Shown here in pieces: positions 15,891 through 25,924 of a DNA stretch of 46,969 nucleotides; within the stretch, counting starts at the first letter, position 1; each line of letters begins with the position of its first letter. Location of the stretch: NCBI GenBank assembly GCA_028696515.1, contig JAQVGX010000001.1, positions 1 to 46,969 of the forward strand, written 5' to 3'. The position numbers and the translations under genes are program-made. This stretch comes from Candidatus Dojkabacteria bacterium. Lineage in GTDB: Bacteria > Patescibacteriota > Dojkabacteria > JAHIVN01. The notes under the pieces were generated by a model. It had not been told where the DNA came from. It searched no databases and was given only the letters and a program-made list of their open reading frames with translations.

Positions 15891-18778
15891 TAAAAATAGA
15901 TAACTCTGGAGATACAATATATGCAGAACTTTATAATAGGACCAACTCTACAACTGTGGCAACTCTATCGCATACTGGAGATACTGACTGGGTCTTAGTT
16001 TCGGCAGCTGATGTCGACGGAGATGCTGATTGGGATACAACAAACGATGATGACTACGAAGTTCGGGTTCGTTGCAGTGACGACAACGGAGGTGGGTGCA
16101 GCGGAAATATAGCAAATGCAAAGATTATTCTAGATCAGAGCGACAGCGGTGGTATCACAGATCTGCAACTAGTCCACCAACAGATAAATACTCTCTTTAC
16201 AGACTCTGATACAGGTTACAGCGATTCTGATTATTTAAGCAGATTCAATCCAGAACTTGAAAGTACACAAGTATCATTTGCCGGTTCAGATGTAAGCTAT
16301 TTTTTCGAAACAACCATGAAAACTGCCGGGGGGACTGGTTATGCACGCCTAAATAATGATTCAGCCGGAAGTGCTATCAGCAGCTCTGAGCTAACTACAA
16401 CTTCAGCAACATATGAGAGAGTACGGAGTAGCGAAATAACAAGTGACATGCCATCATATCCTGGTTACAACAGAGCCCAAAATCTTGATACACAAGTTAA
16501 AAACTCAGCAACCAATACTACCTCTGTATCAAACTCCTGGTTGGTAATCGAAGTCAATAACTTACTAACAGCCGGAGCTCCTACAGTTTATGCCGATTTA
16601 TACAACACAACAGATGATGTTCAGATATCCGGATCAGAAGTATCAACTTCATCGACGTCATGGACAAGGGTAAGGAGTTCATCGATAACATTGACTACAG
16701 GGAAAGAATATATTGTTAGAGTCCATACTTCGGATAGCAATAATGTCCCTTTTTATATAGCAAATGCAAAGATTATTCTAGATCAAAGCGCTGTTGATGG
16801 GGTTCTCAATCTTGAGCTTATACATCAATATATAAACACTTTGGCAACAGATAGTGATACTACATACTCATACACTAATTTCTATAACTTGTTCTCTCCA
16901 GCTAATTTAAGTGGGGGATCTTTCACTTATTATTTTGAGGCGACACTAAAAACCTCAGCTGGGACAGGGTACGCAAGGCTCTATAACCAGACAGATAATT
17001 CTATTGTTACAGGATCAGAACTTACTACTACCAGTAGTAACTATGAGAGAGTTCGAAGTGGAGATCTTAGTGCAAATATGCCTGTAGCAGGCAAAACACT
17101 CGATACACAGGTTAAAAATTCAGCTTCAAATACAACCAGTTCTTCAACAAGCTGGATAATAATACAGGCATCTGATTTAAGAATTTTGCCCAATTCTGCC
17201 CCTTCCTTTACCTCTACCCCAGTCGAAAACCCAGCCTCAATATCCACTACACCCACAGATGCAGGTTCAGGAGTCACGTTTGAAGCTACAGCAGAAGATC
17301 CCGAAAGTCATCAATATTTTCTGGCAATATGTAAAACAGATGGTGCCTCAGCTGGTGACGACTCAGCCCCAACTTGTACGGGTGGCGAATGGTGTGTTTC
17401 AAGTGTAGCAAATAGTGGAGAACAATCTACATGCACTTATACAACCCAAGCAGGAGACAGCGAATCAGAAGACTGGTATGCATTTGTATGTGACAAGGTA
17501 GCTGGAGGCGGTTTGTGTTCTTCTTCAAGCCAAGGGAGCGGAGACTCTGGGTCTCCCTTCAAGGTGAATCACACACCACTGTTCAGCTTAGCCAGCGGTA
17601 ACTCTGCTGACCCGGCTGGAACCATCACTTTCACATCAACTGCTTCGGATACTGACACAGACGGGACAGCAGATCAGGTAAAGATGGTTGTATGTACCAA
17701 TACAACAACAGCTGTTGTCTTAGGTTCACCTTCAACCTGTACAGGAGGAACTTTGTACTGTGAATCATCTCTTGGAGCAAGTGATCCTACTTGCAACTAT
17801 AACTTACCAAGTGTCATACAGGACGGGAATACAACATTTAGAGCATTTGTATTTGATAGTCATGACTTAGGATCTGCAAGTAATTATGTAAGCAACACAT
17901 TTACGGTTAATAATGTAGCTCCTTCAGTTTCCGGAGTAATCCTGAATGGAGGAAGTGATATCAGTCTTTCAAACCCGGGAGGGAATACAAACGTATCGGT
18001 AACAGCTACAGTAACTGACAATAATTCCTGTGAAGACGTTGCAGCAGGGAATGTAACAGCAAGCATATATCATGCATTAGCATCGGGGGGATATTCATCC
18101 TGCGACGATAACGGGGAAGATGATACAGATTCTTGCTACGCCTTAGAAGCCTGTACTTTAGATGGAGGTTCATGTACAGGAAGCAGTGATGCAACAGAAA
18201 CATACACTTGCACAGTAGCAGTAGCTTATCACGCTGACCCGACAAGTGGTGCCGGAACGTCAGATTCTCCCTGGTGGGATCATGAGTGGTACGGAACAGT
18301 AGAAGCAGAAGATGACACGGGACTTAGTGATGATATTGAGGTAGGAACACCAGTTGAGATGGAAGATTATATTGCACTAAATGTTACTTCTTCCATTAAT
18401 TACGGAGCATTACTTCCTGACCAGGACTCTGAGGACATATCTGTATATCCGGAAACAACTGTAACTGCCTATGGAAACGTCGGACTAGACAGTTACTTGT
18501 CCGGGGCAAACATGTGTGATGACTGGCCCACCTGCCTTGGAAATACGATCTCAGTAGGATTCCAGGAACATGCATTCTCAACTTTTATCTATGGAGCTGG
18601 TACAGATTTGGCAGGAACACCTACCGAGTACGAGCTCAACTGCACCAAGTCGACTTCAGCTGGCCAAGGCACAAAGATAATTTACTGGGGGATAGGGATA
18701 CCAAATGGCACTCTCTCCGGAGTTTACCAGGGCTCCAATACAATCGATTCAGTTAAAGGTGAAACTTCAGACTGGTAG
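15824..18778 (+). CDS. Giant repeat surface protein, C-terminal segment (frame open and homologous from ~15677)
   Basis: Upstream of the listed Met this frame reads HGTISSARLIIVQTDSTKIDNSSTQIEIGN..., which completes repeat 3 of the upstream ORF. More diverged modules follow (...YERVRS...IANAKIILDQS), then Cys-containing Ig-like C-terminal domains. Confidence 0.75.
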   Translation: MYDQDKYNPSPETSGDVSFESTLKIDNSGDTIYAELYNRTNSTTVATLSHTGDTDWVLVSAADVDGDADWDTTNDDDYEVRVRCSDDNGGGCSGNIANAKIILDQSDSGGITDLQLVHQQINTLFTDSDTGYSDSDYLSRFNPELESTQVSFAGSDVSYFFETTMKTAGGTGYARLNNDSAGSAISSSELTTTSATYERVRSSEITSDMPSYPGYNRAQNLDTQVKNSATNTTSVSNSWLVIEVNNLLTAGAPTVYADLYNTTDDVQISGSEVSTSSTSWTRVRSSSITLTTGKEYIVRVHTSDSNNVPFYIANAKIILDQSAVDGVLNLELIHQYINTLATDSDTTYSYTNFYNLFSPANLSGGSFTYYFEATLKTSAGTGYARLYNQTDNSIVTGSELTTTSSNYERVRSGDLSANMPVAGKTLDTQVKNSASNTTSSSTSWIIIQASDLRILPNSAPSFTSTPVENPASISTTPTDAGSGVTFEATAEDPESHQYFLAICKTDGASAGDDSAPTCTGGEWCVSSVANSGEQSTCTYTTQAGDSESEDWYAFVCDKVAGGGLCSSSSQGSGDSGSPFKVNHTPLFSLASGNSADPAGTITFTSTASDTDTDGTADQVKMVVCTNTTTAVVLGSPSTCTGGTLYCESSLGASDPTCNYNLPSVIQDGNTTFRAFVFDSHDLGSASNYVSNTFTVNNVAPSVSGVILNGGSDISLSNPGGNTNVSVTATVTDNNSCEDVAAGNVTASIYHALASGGYSSCDDNGEDDTDSCYALEACTLDGGSCTGSSDATETYTCTVAVAYHADPTSGAGTSDSPWWDHEWYGTVEAEDDTGLSDDIEVGTPVEMEDYIALNVTSSINYGALLPDQDSEDISVYPETTVTAYGNVGLDSYLSGANMCDDWPTCLGNTISVGFQEHAFSTFIYGAGTDLAGTPTEYELNCTKSTSAGQGTKIIYWGIGIPNGTLSGVYQGSNTIDSVKGETSDW

Positions 18779-18866
18779 AAAATATTTATATCAATTAAAA
18801 AGTATCTTTTCCAAACTTCTAAAATTATGCTACTATAACATGATATAAACTCAGATCTATAAATTC

Positions 18867-20159
18867 ATGCAAAGCACCGGAGAGGACCAGACAACACAAA
18901 TTGCAGAAGTGCAATATCTAATGGGAAAAATAGAGTCCTCAAATCTCCCAGCTCAGCTCAAGGATCAAGCCAATGTGATGCTCAGAAGAGTCCGAAGAAT
19001 GGCAAGACAGGGAAGAGCATCAAATGAATATGAGTATGTCGCCAGGTACATTGATTGGATACTAAGAGTCCCTTGGTATCGTATAACAAAAGACAACCTT
19101 GATTTACCAACAGTCAAGGGCTTTATGGATGAACTGCACTATGGAACAGAGGGCGTAAAGCAGATTATCCTCGAATATCTCTCCGTCATGCATGTGAAGA
19201 TGACACGAGAAAAGAAACTTTCTTTCCAGCCCCCTGTACTTTTATTCGTTGGAGATCACGGCTTAGGAAAGACATCTTTAGCAAAAGCAATTGCTTATGC
19301 GCTTGGTAGAAACTTTGTGAGAATCCCTATGGGAGCACTAAGTGCGGGTTCAGAACTTCGGGGAGTTCCGAAAGGAAATAACGAAGCTGAGCCGGGACAG
19401 ATTATCAAAGCTATTGTTCGATCAGAATCTCTAAATCCAGTGATCCTGCTTGACGAGATAGACAAGGTAAGCGGAGTAGCAGCCGAGCACCACAACTTCA
19501 TGGCTATCCTTCTTGAGATTCTAGATCTACAGCAGAATACTTCCTTTAGAGATCTATTTATAGATTTTCCAATCGATCTTTCACATGCTTTCTTCATTTG
19601 TACCGCAAATACAACAAAGACTATAACCGATGCACTTTTGGACAGGCTAGAAATAATAAGTTTCGATGAGTATAAACCTGAGGAAAAAATAATAATCGGG
19701 AGAGATTATCTGTTACCGAGAGTTTTGAAATACACAAAGATGACTTCTACAGAGATAAAAATTTCCGAAGGGGCCTGGCCTCCCATAGTTGAAACTTATG
19801 CAAAAGAAGCTGGTGTGAGAAACCTTGAAAAAACTCTTGATAGAATTGTTCGGAAAGCAGCACTAAGAATAGTATCTGGAAAAGAGCAAAGTATTATAGT
19901 AACTCCTGAGAATCTTGAAGAATATATGAAGGAAATTGTATCTATTACTGCTACTGCTTCTGCTCCCGAATCTTCTCAACTGAACGAACAAAAAACACCT
20001 GCTTCTTATGAAAACAGCCCCTCCTCACAATCCACAGTTGCAACTTCGCCTACTGTACCAGAACCAGTTGTTCCTCAACAAACAGAACAACCCCCAAATC
20101 CTACATCAACCGGAGCAAATATGCAGCCTCCTCCAAGATCAAATTCAGTAGGACTATAG
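18867..20159 (+). CDS. Lon-derived AAA+ ATPase lacking the LAN and protease domains, with a P/S/T/Q-rich tail
   Basis: Collinear with the Lon AAA+ module: HYGTEGVKQIILEYLSV, Walker A GDHGLGKTS, Walker B LLDEIDK, sensor-1 CTAN, LLDRLEII, EAGVRNLEK. No S16 Ser-Lys protease domain follows. The last ~60 aa are low complexity. Confidence 0.8.
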   Translation: MQSTGEDQTTQIAEVQYLMGKIESSNLPAQLKDQANVMLRRVRRMARQGRASNEYEYVARYIDWILRVPWYRITKDNLDLPTVKGFMDELHYGTEGVKQIILEYLSVMHVKMTREKKLSFQPPVLLFVGDHGLGKTSLAKAIAYALGRNFVRIPMGALSAGSELRGVPKGNNEAEPGQIIKAIVRSESLNPVILLDEIDKVSGVAAEHHNFMAILLEILDLQQNTSFRDLFIDFPIDLSHAFFICTANTTKTITDALLDRLEIISFDEYKPEEKIIIGRDYLLPRVLKYTKMTSTEIKISEGAWPPIVETYAKEAGVRNLEKTLDRIVRKAALRIVSGKEQSIIVTPENLEEYMKEIVSITATASAPESSQLNEQKTPASYENSPSSQSTVATSPTVPEPVVPQQTEQPPNPTSTGANMQPPPRSNSVGL

Positions 20160-20409
20160 TTCCACAAGATAACTAGCCGATTAGCCAAAGATCTAAACAG
20201 CCGAGCGACCAGTAAACTCTCCACATATACTATTAATTGATCAATTGTCGTTGGGATTTGCCCGCCCGCCTTCCTCCCTTCCGGCAGGCATGGTGGCGGA
20301 GTCATTGGTCCTTAACTACTATTGCCTTTCCTCTCCTTCCTCTGTAAAATACTTCCACCTGTTTTTCCTTTGCTTTGATTTTTTAAATTTAAATTTTGAA
20401 CTTATCACA

Positions 20410-21030
20410 ATGGGTATTCTTGAAACAGTAGGACACTGGGTCATAAGCCTCATTTCGGCCACAGGGTACTTTGGAGTATTTATCGCTATGGCTATAGAAT
20501 CCTGTCTGATTCCATTGCCATCTGAAGTAACGATGCCTTTTGCAGGTGCACTAGCCGCCAGCGGGGAACTGAATCTGATTCTTGTATCACTTGCTGGTGC
20601 ATTTGGCAATTTGGTCGGTTCCTGGGGAGCTTATTATATTGGAGTCAAATTCCCGGAATCAGCCATTATCAAATTTTTAGAAAAGTGGGGAAAGTTTCTA
20701 CTGATTAGTCCGCATGAATATGAAAAGGCAAAATCTTGGTTAAGTAAATATGGCAGCTTAGTCAGCTTCTTTTCGAGACTACTGCCGGGAATCAGAACTG
20801 TTATCTCTCTTCCCTGTGGAGTTGCGAGAATTAATTTTACAAAATTTTCAATTCTGACTTTTCTTGGGTCTTTGCTTTGGAGCTTCATCCTTGCTTTCAT
20901 TGGGTTCAAGCTTGGTGAGAACTGGGAGAGCATCAAGCAGTATTTCCACAAGCTGGATCTCTTCATCATCTTAGCAGGACTAACTGCAGTAGGATTATAT
21001 ATCTATATGCACTTGAGAAGGAAGAAGTAA
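20410..21030 (+). CDS. DedA-family membrane protein
   Basis: From ATG 20410: YFGVFIAMAIESCLIPLPSEV followed by LPGIRTVISLPCG, both typical of DedA/SNARE-associated proteins. The listed longer ORF starts in a GC-rich non-coding-looking stretch. Confidence 0.7.
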   Translation: MGILETVGHWVISLISATGYFGVFIAMAIESCLIPLPSEVTMPFAGALAASGELNLILVSLAGAFGNLVGSWGAYYIGVKFPESAIIKFLEKWGKFLLISPHEYEKAKSWLSKYGSLVSFFSRLLPGIRTVISLPCGVARINFTKFSILTFLGSLLWSFILAFIGFKLGENWESIKQYFHKLDLFIILAGLTAVGLYIYMHLRRKK

Positions 21031-21037
21031 AGAATTC

Positions 21038-21997
21038 CTAATAATATTGGAATCGAAAAATATTTCCACTTACCGGATCGTAGAAATGAGCCACCCTAAC
21101 ATAATCATTACTTCCCGGCTTTGAATAGAAAACATATAGAAGTCCATTGTTTTCTGGTAGTTTAACGTCTCTGTGCCTATGCTCGTAAAGAGGAATTGTA
21201 TTAGTCAATTGCACAGTTACTAAGTTCCCTTCCGCATACTGCCTTCGTGCAACCCTTACAGAAATTGGTTGATTTAGCTCATATACTGTGCTTCCAGCTA
21301 GCGGACCAAAACAGCCTTGATCTAAAGTGATAATTCCTCCATCAGGAGGCATATACACAAACAAAGGTTCTTCGAATACATGTAGAAGATCTTGCTGAGC
21401 ATGCCAAAGACGAACCCCTCTGATAACCTTGAACTCACCATCTGCAAATGATTCTTCGAGATAGGCCTCAACAACATACTCGCAATTTCTACCACCGTGT
21501 TTAACCTCTTGCATACCCCCACCTACATCAACAAGGAATTTGTCACCTTTTCGGACAGTCACTGTTGGCCGTCTTTGTATTCCTCGGGCTATATCAACTC
21601 GTCTATATGTCTCATATATTCTTAAATCCATAATGGAACCAACCTTGAAAACAGGATTACGTACTTGCTCAGAAAGGAAAACACTTTTGTCAAGCTCTCT
21701 TTTTGTTACGTGTATTGGTAAATCATATCTATATACTTCAGCGTCCCCAGCTGCTTGAAGAAGTGCTCCAAAAAGCATTTGATCTCTCACTACCCAGCCC
21801 CGAAAATCTACACTAGTACCTGCTTCTAAAATAACTGGAACATTCGTTGAAGTGTAAAACAAAGCATCTTCAGCAAGAACAAATCTTGCTGACCTTGTTG
21901 TCTCAAGATCTGGCAGAATAGCAGATTTTCCTAAAAGGCTCAAATCTCCCCAGGAGTCAGCCTCAACGGTACAAGGATAGCTTATAACCCTTTCCAT
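21038..21997 (-). CDS. Hypothetical protein
   Basis: 319-aa uninterrupted ORF directly downstream (same strand) of the LPETG protein gene. No signal peptide or known motif recognised. Confidence 0.5.
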   Translation of the reverse strand: MERVISYPCTVEADSWGDLSLLGKSAILPDLETTRSARFVLAEDALFYTSTNVPVILEAGTSVDFRGWVVRDQMLFGALLQAAGDAEVYRYDLPIHVTKRELDKSVFLSEQVRNPVFKVGSIMDLRIYETYRRVDIARGIQRRPTVTVRKGDKFLVDVGGGMQEVKHGGRNCEYVVEAYLEESFADGEFKVIRGVRLWHAQQDLLHVFEEPLFVYMPPDGGIITLDQGCFGPLAGSTVYELNQPISVRVARRQYAEGNLVTVQLTNTIPLYEHRHRDVKLPENNGLLYVFYSKPGSNDYVRVAHFYDPVSGNIFRFQYY

Positions 21998-22095
21998 ATT
22001 TCTTCGGAAGTAATATATAAATTATATCAACATGTCCGATAGTATTCAAGAGAGCGGAGATTGTACCTTATAGTGAAAAGTATAAAACTTGGGAG

Positions 22096-23703
22096 TTATT
22101 TTCGAGAAGTATAAGTCAGGGCCACAAAGTCCTTGATGCGGCTTTTCGGGCTAATTATATTCATAGATACAAACAACATGCCTCCAAACAATACTAGATC
22201 TACACCAAAAGCAAACCACTCAGATTGCTGATCTTCTGAAGCAGTATCCGGCAACTCCCCAGTTTCAGGAAGAAATTCATCCAGCTCTATCTCACATGAG
22301 CTGTCGCAGCCGTCTCCGTCAATTACATTCCCATCATCGCACTCTTCTCCAGTGTCAAGGTTCCCATCACCACAAAATGGTTCTTCTTCCTCTTCTTGCA
22401 ACGTTACATTTTGCTTCGTCAAATAAATAGTATTTCCTCTATCTCCCGGGTTATCAGGTCCTGAATTATAGATATCACTTACAAGAATGTATGGCGCATC
22501 ATAACTACTGAGTTCAAGATCCATGTAAAGATACAACATCCCAATGTATACGGTCTCATTATAATTCAAGGCTAGGTCCTTGGGAGTAAAGAGCTCTCCA
22601 TCAAGATACGTATAATATACATCAACAATCTGATCATCCCCGGAATACTCGCTTCTTGCCCAAGCAATGTTAGGGACACCCCTCGTATCAAGCTCCATGT
22701 CACAATCCCAGTAAGTGAAAACATTTGTCTCTGTATCAACTGTAACAGCATTTGATTCATTCCATCCAGCACCTTTCTCTAGAAATCTTATTTCTTCCCC
22801 CGTTTCAGCTCCGTCATCGTCATGATACATCCATGCCAGATATTCGTTGCCCGATGTATCTATTCTTATTACTTGATAATCGTTCCATATATCAGAGTTT
22901 GTGCTCTCGGTAATCTGCTCAACTGCGCCGAACGTCACACCCGAACCACTCTCCGTGTCATAAGAATAGTAAACATTGATAAAAAAACTGCCTGTATCGA
23001 GTAGTGAGAATGCAACATATGGATTTCCGTCTTCATCCAAATCAATCGATCCATCATAGGGACGATAACCGTCACCTGAACTTAATACCTCAACTACCGC
23101 TCCCCAACTCCCTCCACTATATGTAGTATAATATACACCAGACCCTGAGAAGTCCCAGTCGTCCTCAAATAAAACATGTACCGTGTTATCGCTATCAATA
23201 TCAGCATCAAGTAGATTTGAAGCCAAATCAAAATCAGGCATAACTGCAGCGACTCCGAAGTCTGCACCACTATTTACTGCATAATTTACTCCGGTCGAGT
23301 AGTCATGCCAAAAAGCATATGTCTCAGAATCACCAACCAGTACCTGTGGCATATAGTAATCACCACCACTCTCAAATTGGCCAAATACTCCCACAGTAGG
23401 ATCTCCTTCGACTCCGGTTTCGTCTTCCCAAGAAGTCCCATTCCATGCTAGATAGGAAAAAAACAAAGCCGGAAAACTGCCCCCGGAATAAACAATATGG
23501 GGCTGACTGCTTGAATCCATATACATGCTGCAATAACCGTCATCATCATCAACCAGGTAATCCTGAGATACTCCGTCTACTGCATACCAGTCAGAACGGT
23601 CAACGACATAACTTTGGGCTTCCACACTTTTGTTCAAAAAAGATAAAAGTAATAAGGAGAGGCTAGAGATTAAAAGCAGTCGCTTCATAATGTTTATGGA
23701 CAT
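22096..23703 (-). CDS. Secreted beta-propeller-like surface protein with a Cys-rich repeat and LPETG sorting signal
   Basis: Signal peptide MKRLLLISSLSLLLLSFLNKSVEA. Repeated D..G.p.(V/I)A(W/F)...YY blades. One Myxococcus-type repeat, CGDGNLDTGEECDDGNVIDGDGCDSSC. LPETG at 22258-22272, followed by a hydrophobic helix and a basic tail. Confidence 0.8.
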   Translation of the reverse strand: MSINIMKRLLLISSLSLLLLSFLNKSVEAQSYVVDRSDWYAVDGVSQDYLVDDDDGYCSMYMDSSSQPHIVYSGGSFPALFFSYLAWNGTSWEDETGVEGDPTVGVFGQFESGGDYYMPQVLVGDSETYAFWHDYSTGVNYAVNSGADFGVAAVMPDFDLASNLLDADIDSDNTVHVLFEDDWDFSGSGVYYTTYSGGSWGAVVEVLSSGDGYRPYDGSIDLDEDGNPYVAFSLLDTGSFFINVYYSYDTESGSGVTFGAVEQITESTNSDIWNDYQVIRIDTSGNEYLAWMYHDDDGAETGEEIRFLEKGAGWNESNAVTVDTETNVFTYWDCDMELDTRGVPNIAWARSEYSGDDQIVDVYYTYLDGELFTPKDLALNYNETVYIGMLYLYMDLELSSYDAPYILVSDIYNSGPDNPGDRGNTIYLTKQNVTLQEEEEEPFCGDGNLDTGEECDDGNVIDGDGCDSSCEIELDEFLPETGELPDTASEDQQSEWFAFGVDLVLFGGMLFVSMNIISPKSRIKDFVALTYTSRK

Positions 23704-23931
23704 GTACCTATAAATATAGTTGAATTCTTAAAATATTGCAACCTTTAGGATTTTTTGTTAGCATCACAGTATGAGCTTTAAATCATACTTCTACAAAATG
23801 ATTTTAGCAGCCCCCGCTAGGGGGAAATAAATTAACACCACAGTTCAAATAGCATCTTCACCAGAAATCAACTATAATATTAATTAACTTGGAACTATGA
23901 GTTTTGAGATATTAGTTTTTAGATATTAAAA

Positions 23932-25875
23932 ATGCACTCACTGGAAATAAAAAAGAAATACATCGAATTCTTTAGAAAGAAAGGTCACAAACAACTGGCC
24001 AATGTATCACTCTTACCTGACAACGATCCGACAGCACTATTTATAAACTCTGGAGTTCATCCGATAGTTCCAAACATACTTCAGGGATCACATCCCCTAG
24101 GAAAAAGACTGTGCAGTATCCAGCGCTGCATACGAACAACTGATATCGAAGAAACAGGAGATAATAGACACCATACATTATTTGAGATGTTAGGGAATTG
24201 GTCGATCGGAGATTATTTCAAAAATGAATCTTTAAATTGGTCGATGAAATTCTTTGTGGAAGTCTTGAAACTAGATCCCAAAAGAATATATGCTTCTGTA
24301 TTCAAAGGGGAAAAGGGAGTTCCTCGTGATGAACAATCAATTGCTGTTTGGAAAGAAATTTTTAAGAAATACGGCATAAGTGCAGAAGTTTATGATGAGA
24401 CAAAAAAAGACAATTCCAATGCAAGAATTTTCCCATTGGGCAAAGAAGACAACTTCTGGGGACCTGCTGGGCAAACCGGCCCCTGCGGTCCGAATAGCGA
24501 ATTCTTCTACTACTTTATGAAAGATTCTCCGGATTTTTCAAGATCTCGTCCGGGATTTAGGGATGGGGATGAATACGTAGAACTCTGGAATAATGTTTTT
24601 ATGGAGTACAACAAAGACAGCTCGGGGGCATTAACTCCTCTTAAACAGAAGAATGTTGATACTGGGGCTGGCTTCGAAAGAATCTGTCTAGTTATACAGA
24701 ACAGAGAGAAAGACGGATCGATGGATCCAAAGCATACAGTATATGATACAGATCTATTTGACTCTCCGCTTGCTTATATACGCAGCTTGATCGAAGATGA
24801 AAGCAAGAAATCAAATTATGAAGCCAACAGGGAAGACACTATAGAATTTGATCCTACTCTCACAGATATTGAAGACGTTGAGAGCGCTATCAGATCAATC
24901 AGGATAACACTAGACCACCTACGGGCCAGTACTTTTCTGATCGCTGACGGAGTCGAACCCTCAAACAAGGACCACGGCTACATACTCAGAAGACTGATAC
25001 GAAGAGCGATAAGACATGCAAAGCTTCTGAGGATAAATCAGAACTTTACAAAAGATTTAGCTAAGCTTTATATAGAAAAGTACAAGCCTCAATATCCCCA
25101 TCTGGCTACCAATTCTCAAAAGATAACCGATATCTTAGAAAAGGAGGAGATAAACTTCGAACAAACTATTCAAAGAGGAATTCGGGAAGTTGAGAAGCTC
25201 AAAGGTAAAGGAGGGGAAGTATCCGGCAAAGATTTATTCTTTATCTACGAAACATATGGTTATCCTCTTGAAATGGCTCTCGATGGGCTGCAGATCAGAG
25301 AGGAAAAAGAAAGAGAAAAATATATAAAAGAGTTTAATGTTGCAAAGAGCTTTCATCAAAAAGAATCACGAAAGGGCGCAGTGAAATTTGCAGGAGGTTT
25401 AGCAGATCATACCGAGATCTCAAAAAGATATCATACAGTCACCCACATTCTACTCAAAGCCCTGCAGATTAGTTTAGGTCAACATGTTCATCAGCGCGGG
25501 AGTAACATCACCGAAGAACGCCTCCGTTTTGATTTCTCTCACCCGGAAAAATTAACACAAGAACAAATAGGCAAAGTTGAAGAGATCGTAAATAAACAAA
25601 TAGAGTCCGGGCTTGAAATGGAAAGGAAGGTTATGCCAAAAGAAGAAGCTCTCAAAACAGGGGCAGAATGTGAGTTCCCTGAAAGATATCCTGCTACCGT
25701 TTCGGTCTACGTTCTGAAAGACCCTAAAACAGGCAAGGTATTTTCACAAGAATTCTGCGGAGGGCCGCATGTCGACAATACGAAAGAACTATCCGAATCA
25801 GGAAAATTTAAGATCATAAAAGAGGAAAGCAGTTCAAGCGGGGTTAGAAGAATCAGGGCCATTTTGACAAAATAA
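23932..25875 (+). CDS. alaS: Alanine--tRNA ligase (short form, 647 aa, no C-Ala/DHHA1 domain)
   Basis: N-terminal KKYIEFFRKKGH...DPTALFINSG...RCIRTTDIEETG..HHTLFEMLGNWS, motif 3 DTGAGFERI. Editing-domain zinc ligands HTVTH and CGGPH. The protein ends shortly after the editing domain. Confidence 0.9.
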   Translation: MHSLEIKKKYIEFFRKKGHKQLANVSLLPDNDPTALFINSGVHPIVPNILQGSHPLGKRLCSIQRCIRTTDIEETGDNRHHTLFEMLGNWSIGDYFKNESLNWSMKFFVEVLKLDPKRIYASVFKGEKGVPRDEQSIAVWKEIFKKYGISAEVYDETKKDNSNARIFPLGKEDNFWGPAGQTGPCGPNSEFFYYFMKDSPDFSRSRPGFRDGDEYVELWNNVFMEYNKDSSGALTPLKQKNVDTGAGFERICLVIQNREKDGSMDPKHTVYDTDLFDSPLAYIRSLIEDESKKSNYEANREDTIEFDPTLTDIEDVESAIRSIRITLDHLRASTFLIADGVEPSNKDHGYILRRLIRRAIRHAKLLRINQNFTKDLAKLYIEKYKPQYPHLATNSQKITDILEKEEINFEQTIQRGIREVEKLKGKGGEVSGKDLFFIYETYGYPLEMALDGLQIREEKEREKYIKEFNVAKSFHQKESRKGAVKFAGGLADHTEISKRYHTVTHILLKALQISLGQHVHQRGSNITEERLRFDFSHPEKLTQEQIGKVEEIVNKQIESGLEMERKVMPKEEALKTGAECEFPERYPATVSVYVLKDPKTGKVFSQEFCGGPHVDNTKELSESGKFKIIKEESSSSGVRRIRAILTK

Positions 25876-25924
25876 GCGAGTAGTGTAACAATGTAACAAT
25901 CTAATCATATAACCATACTTATCC

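Noticed and set aside
20261-20302. SRP (4.5S) RNA candidate: GC-rich imperfect hairpin whose minus strand contains CCGGAAGG (complement of 20278-20285), like the helix-8 GGAA tetraloop
   Set aside because: The flanking conserved helix-8 strands (..GUCAGGUCC / GGAAGCAGCC with the AGCA loop) are not present. It is probably just a GC-rich stem between the Lon-like and DedA genes. A cmsearch with RF00169 would settle it.
23806-23822. CCCCC-GCTA-GGGGG hairpin in the divergent region upstream of alaS, considered as a terminator or T-box element
   Set aside because: No T-run follows on either strand. No T-box consensus (GGUGGUACC-type) or specifier structure was found. It sits between two divergent starts, so a terminator role is unlikely.
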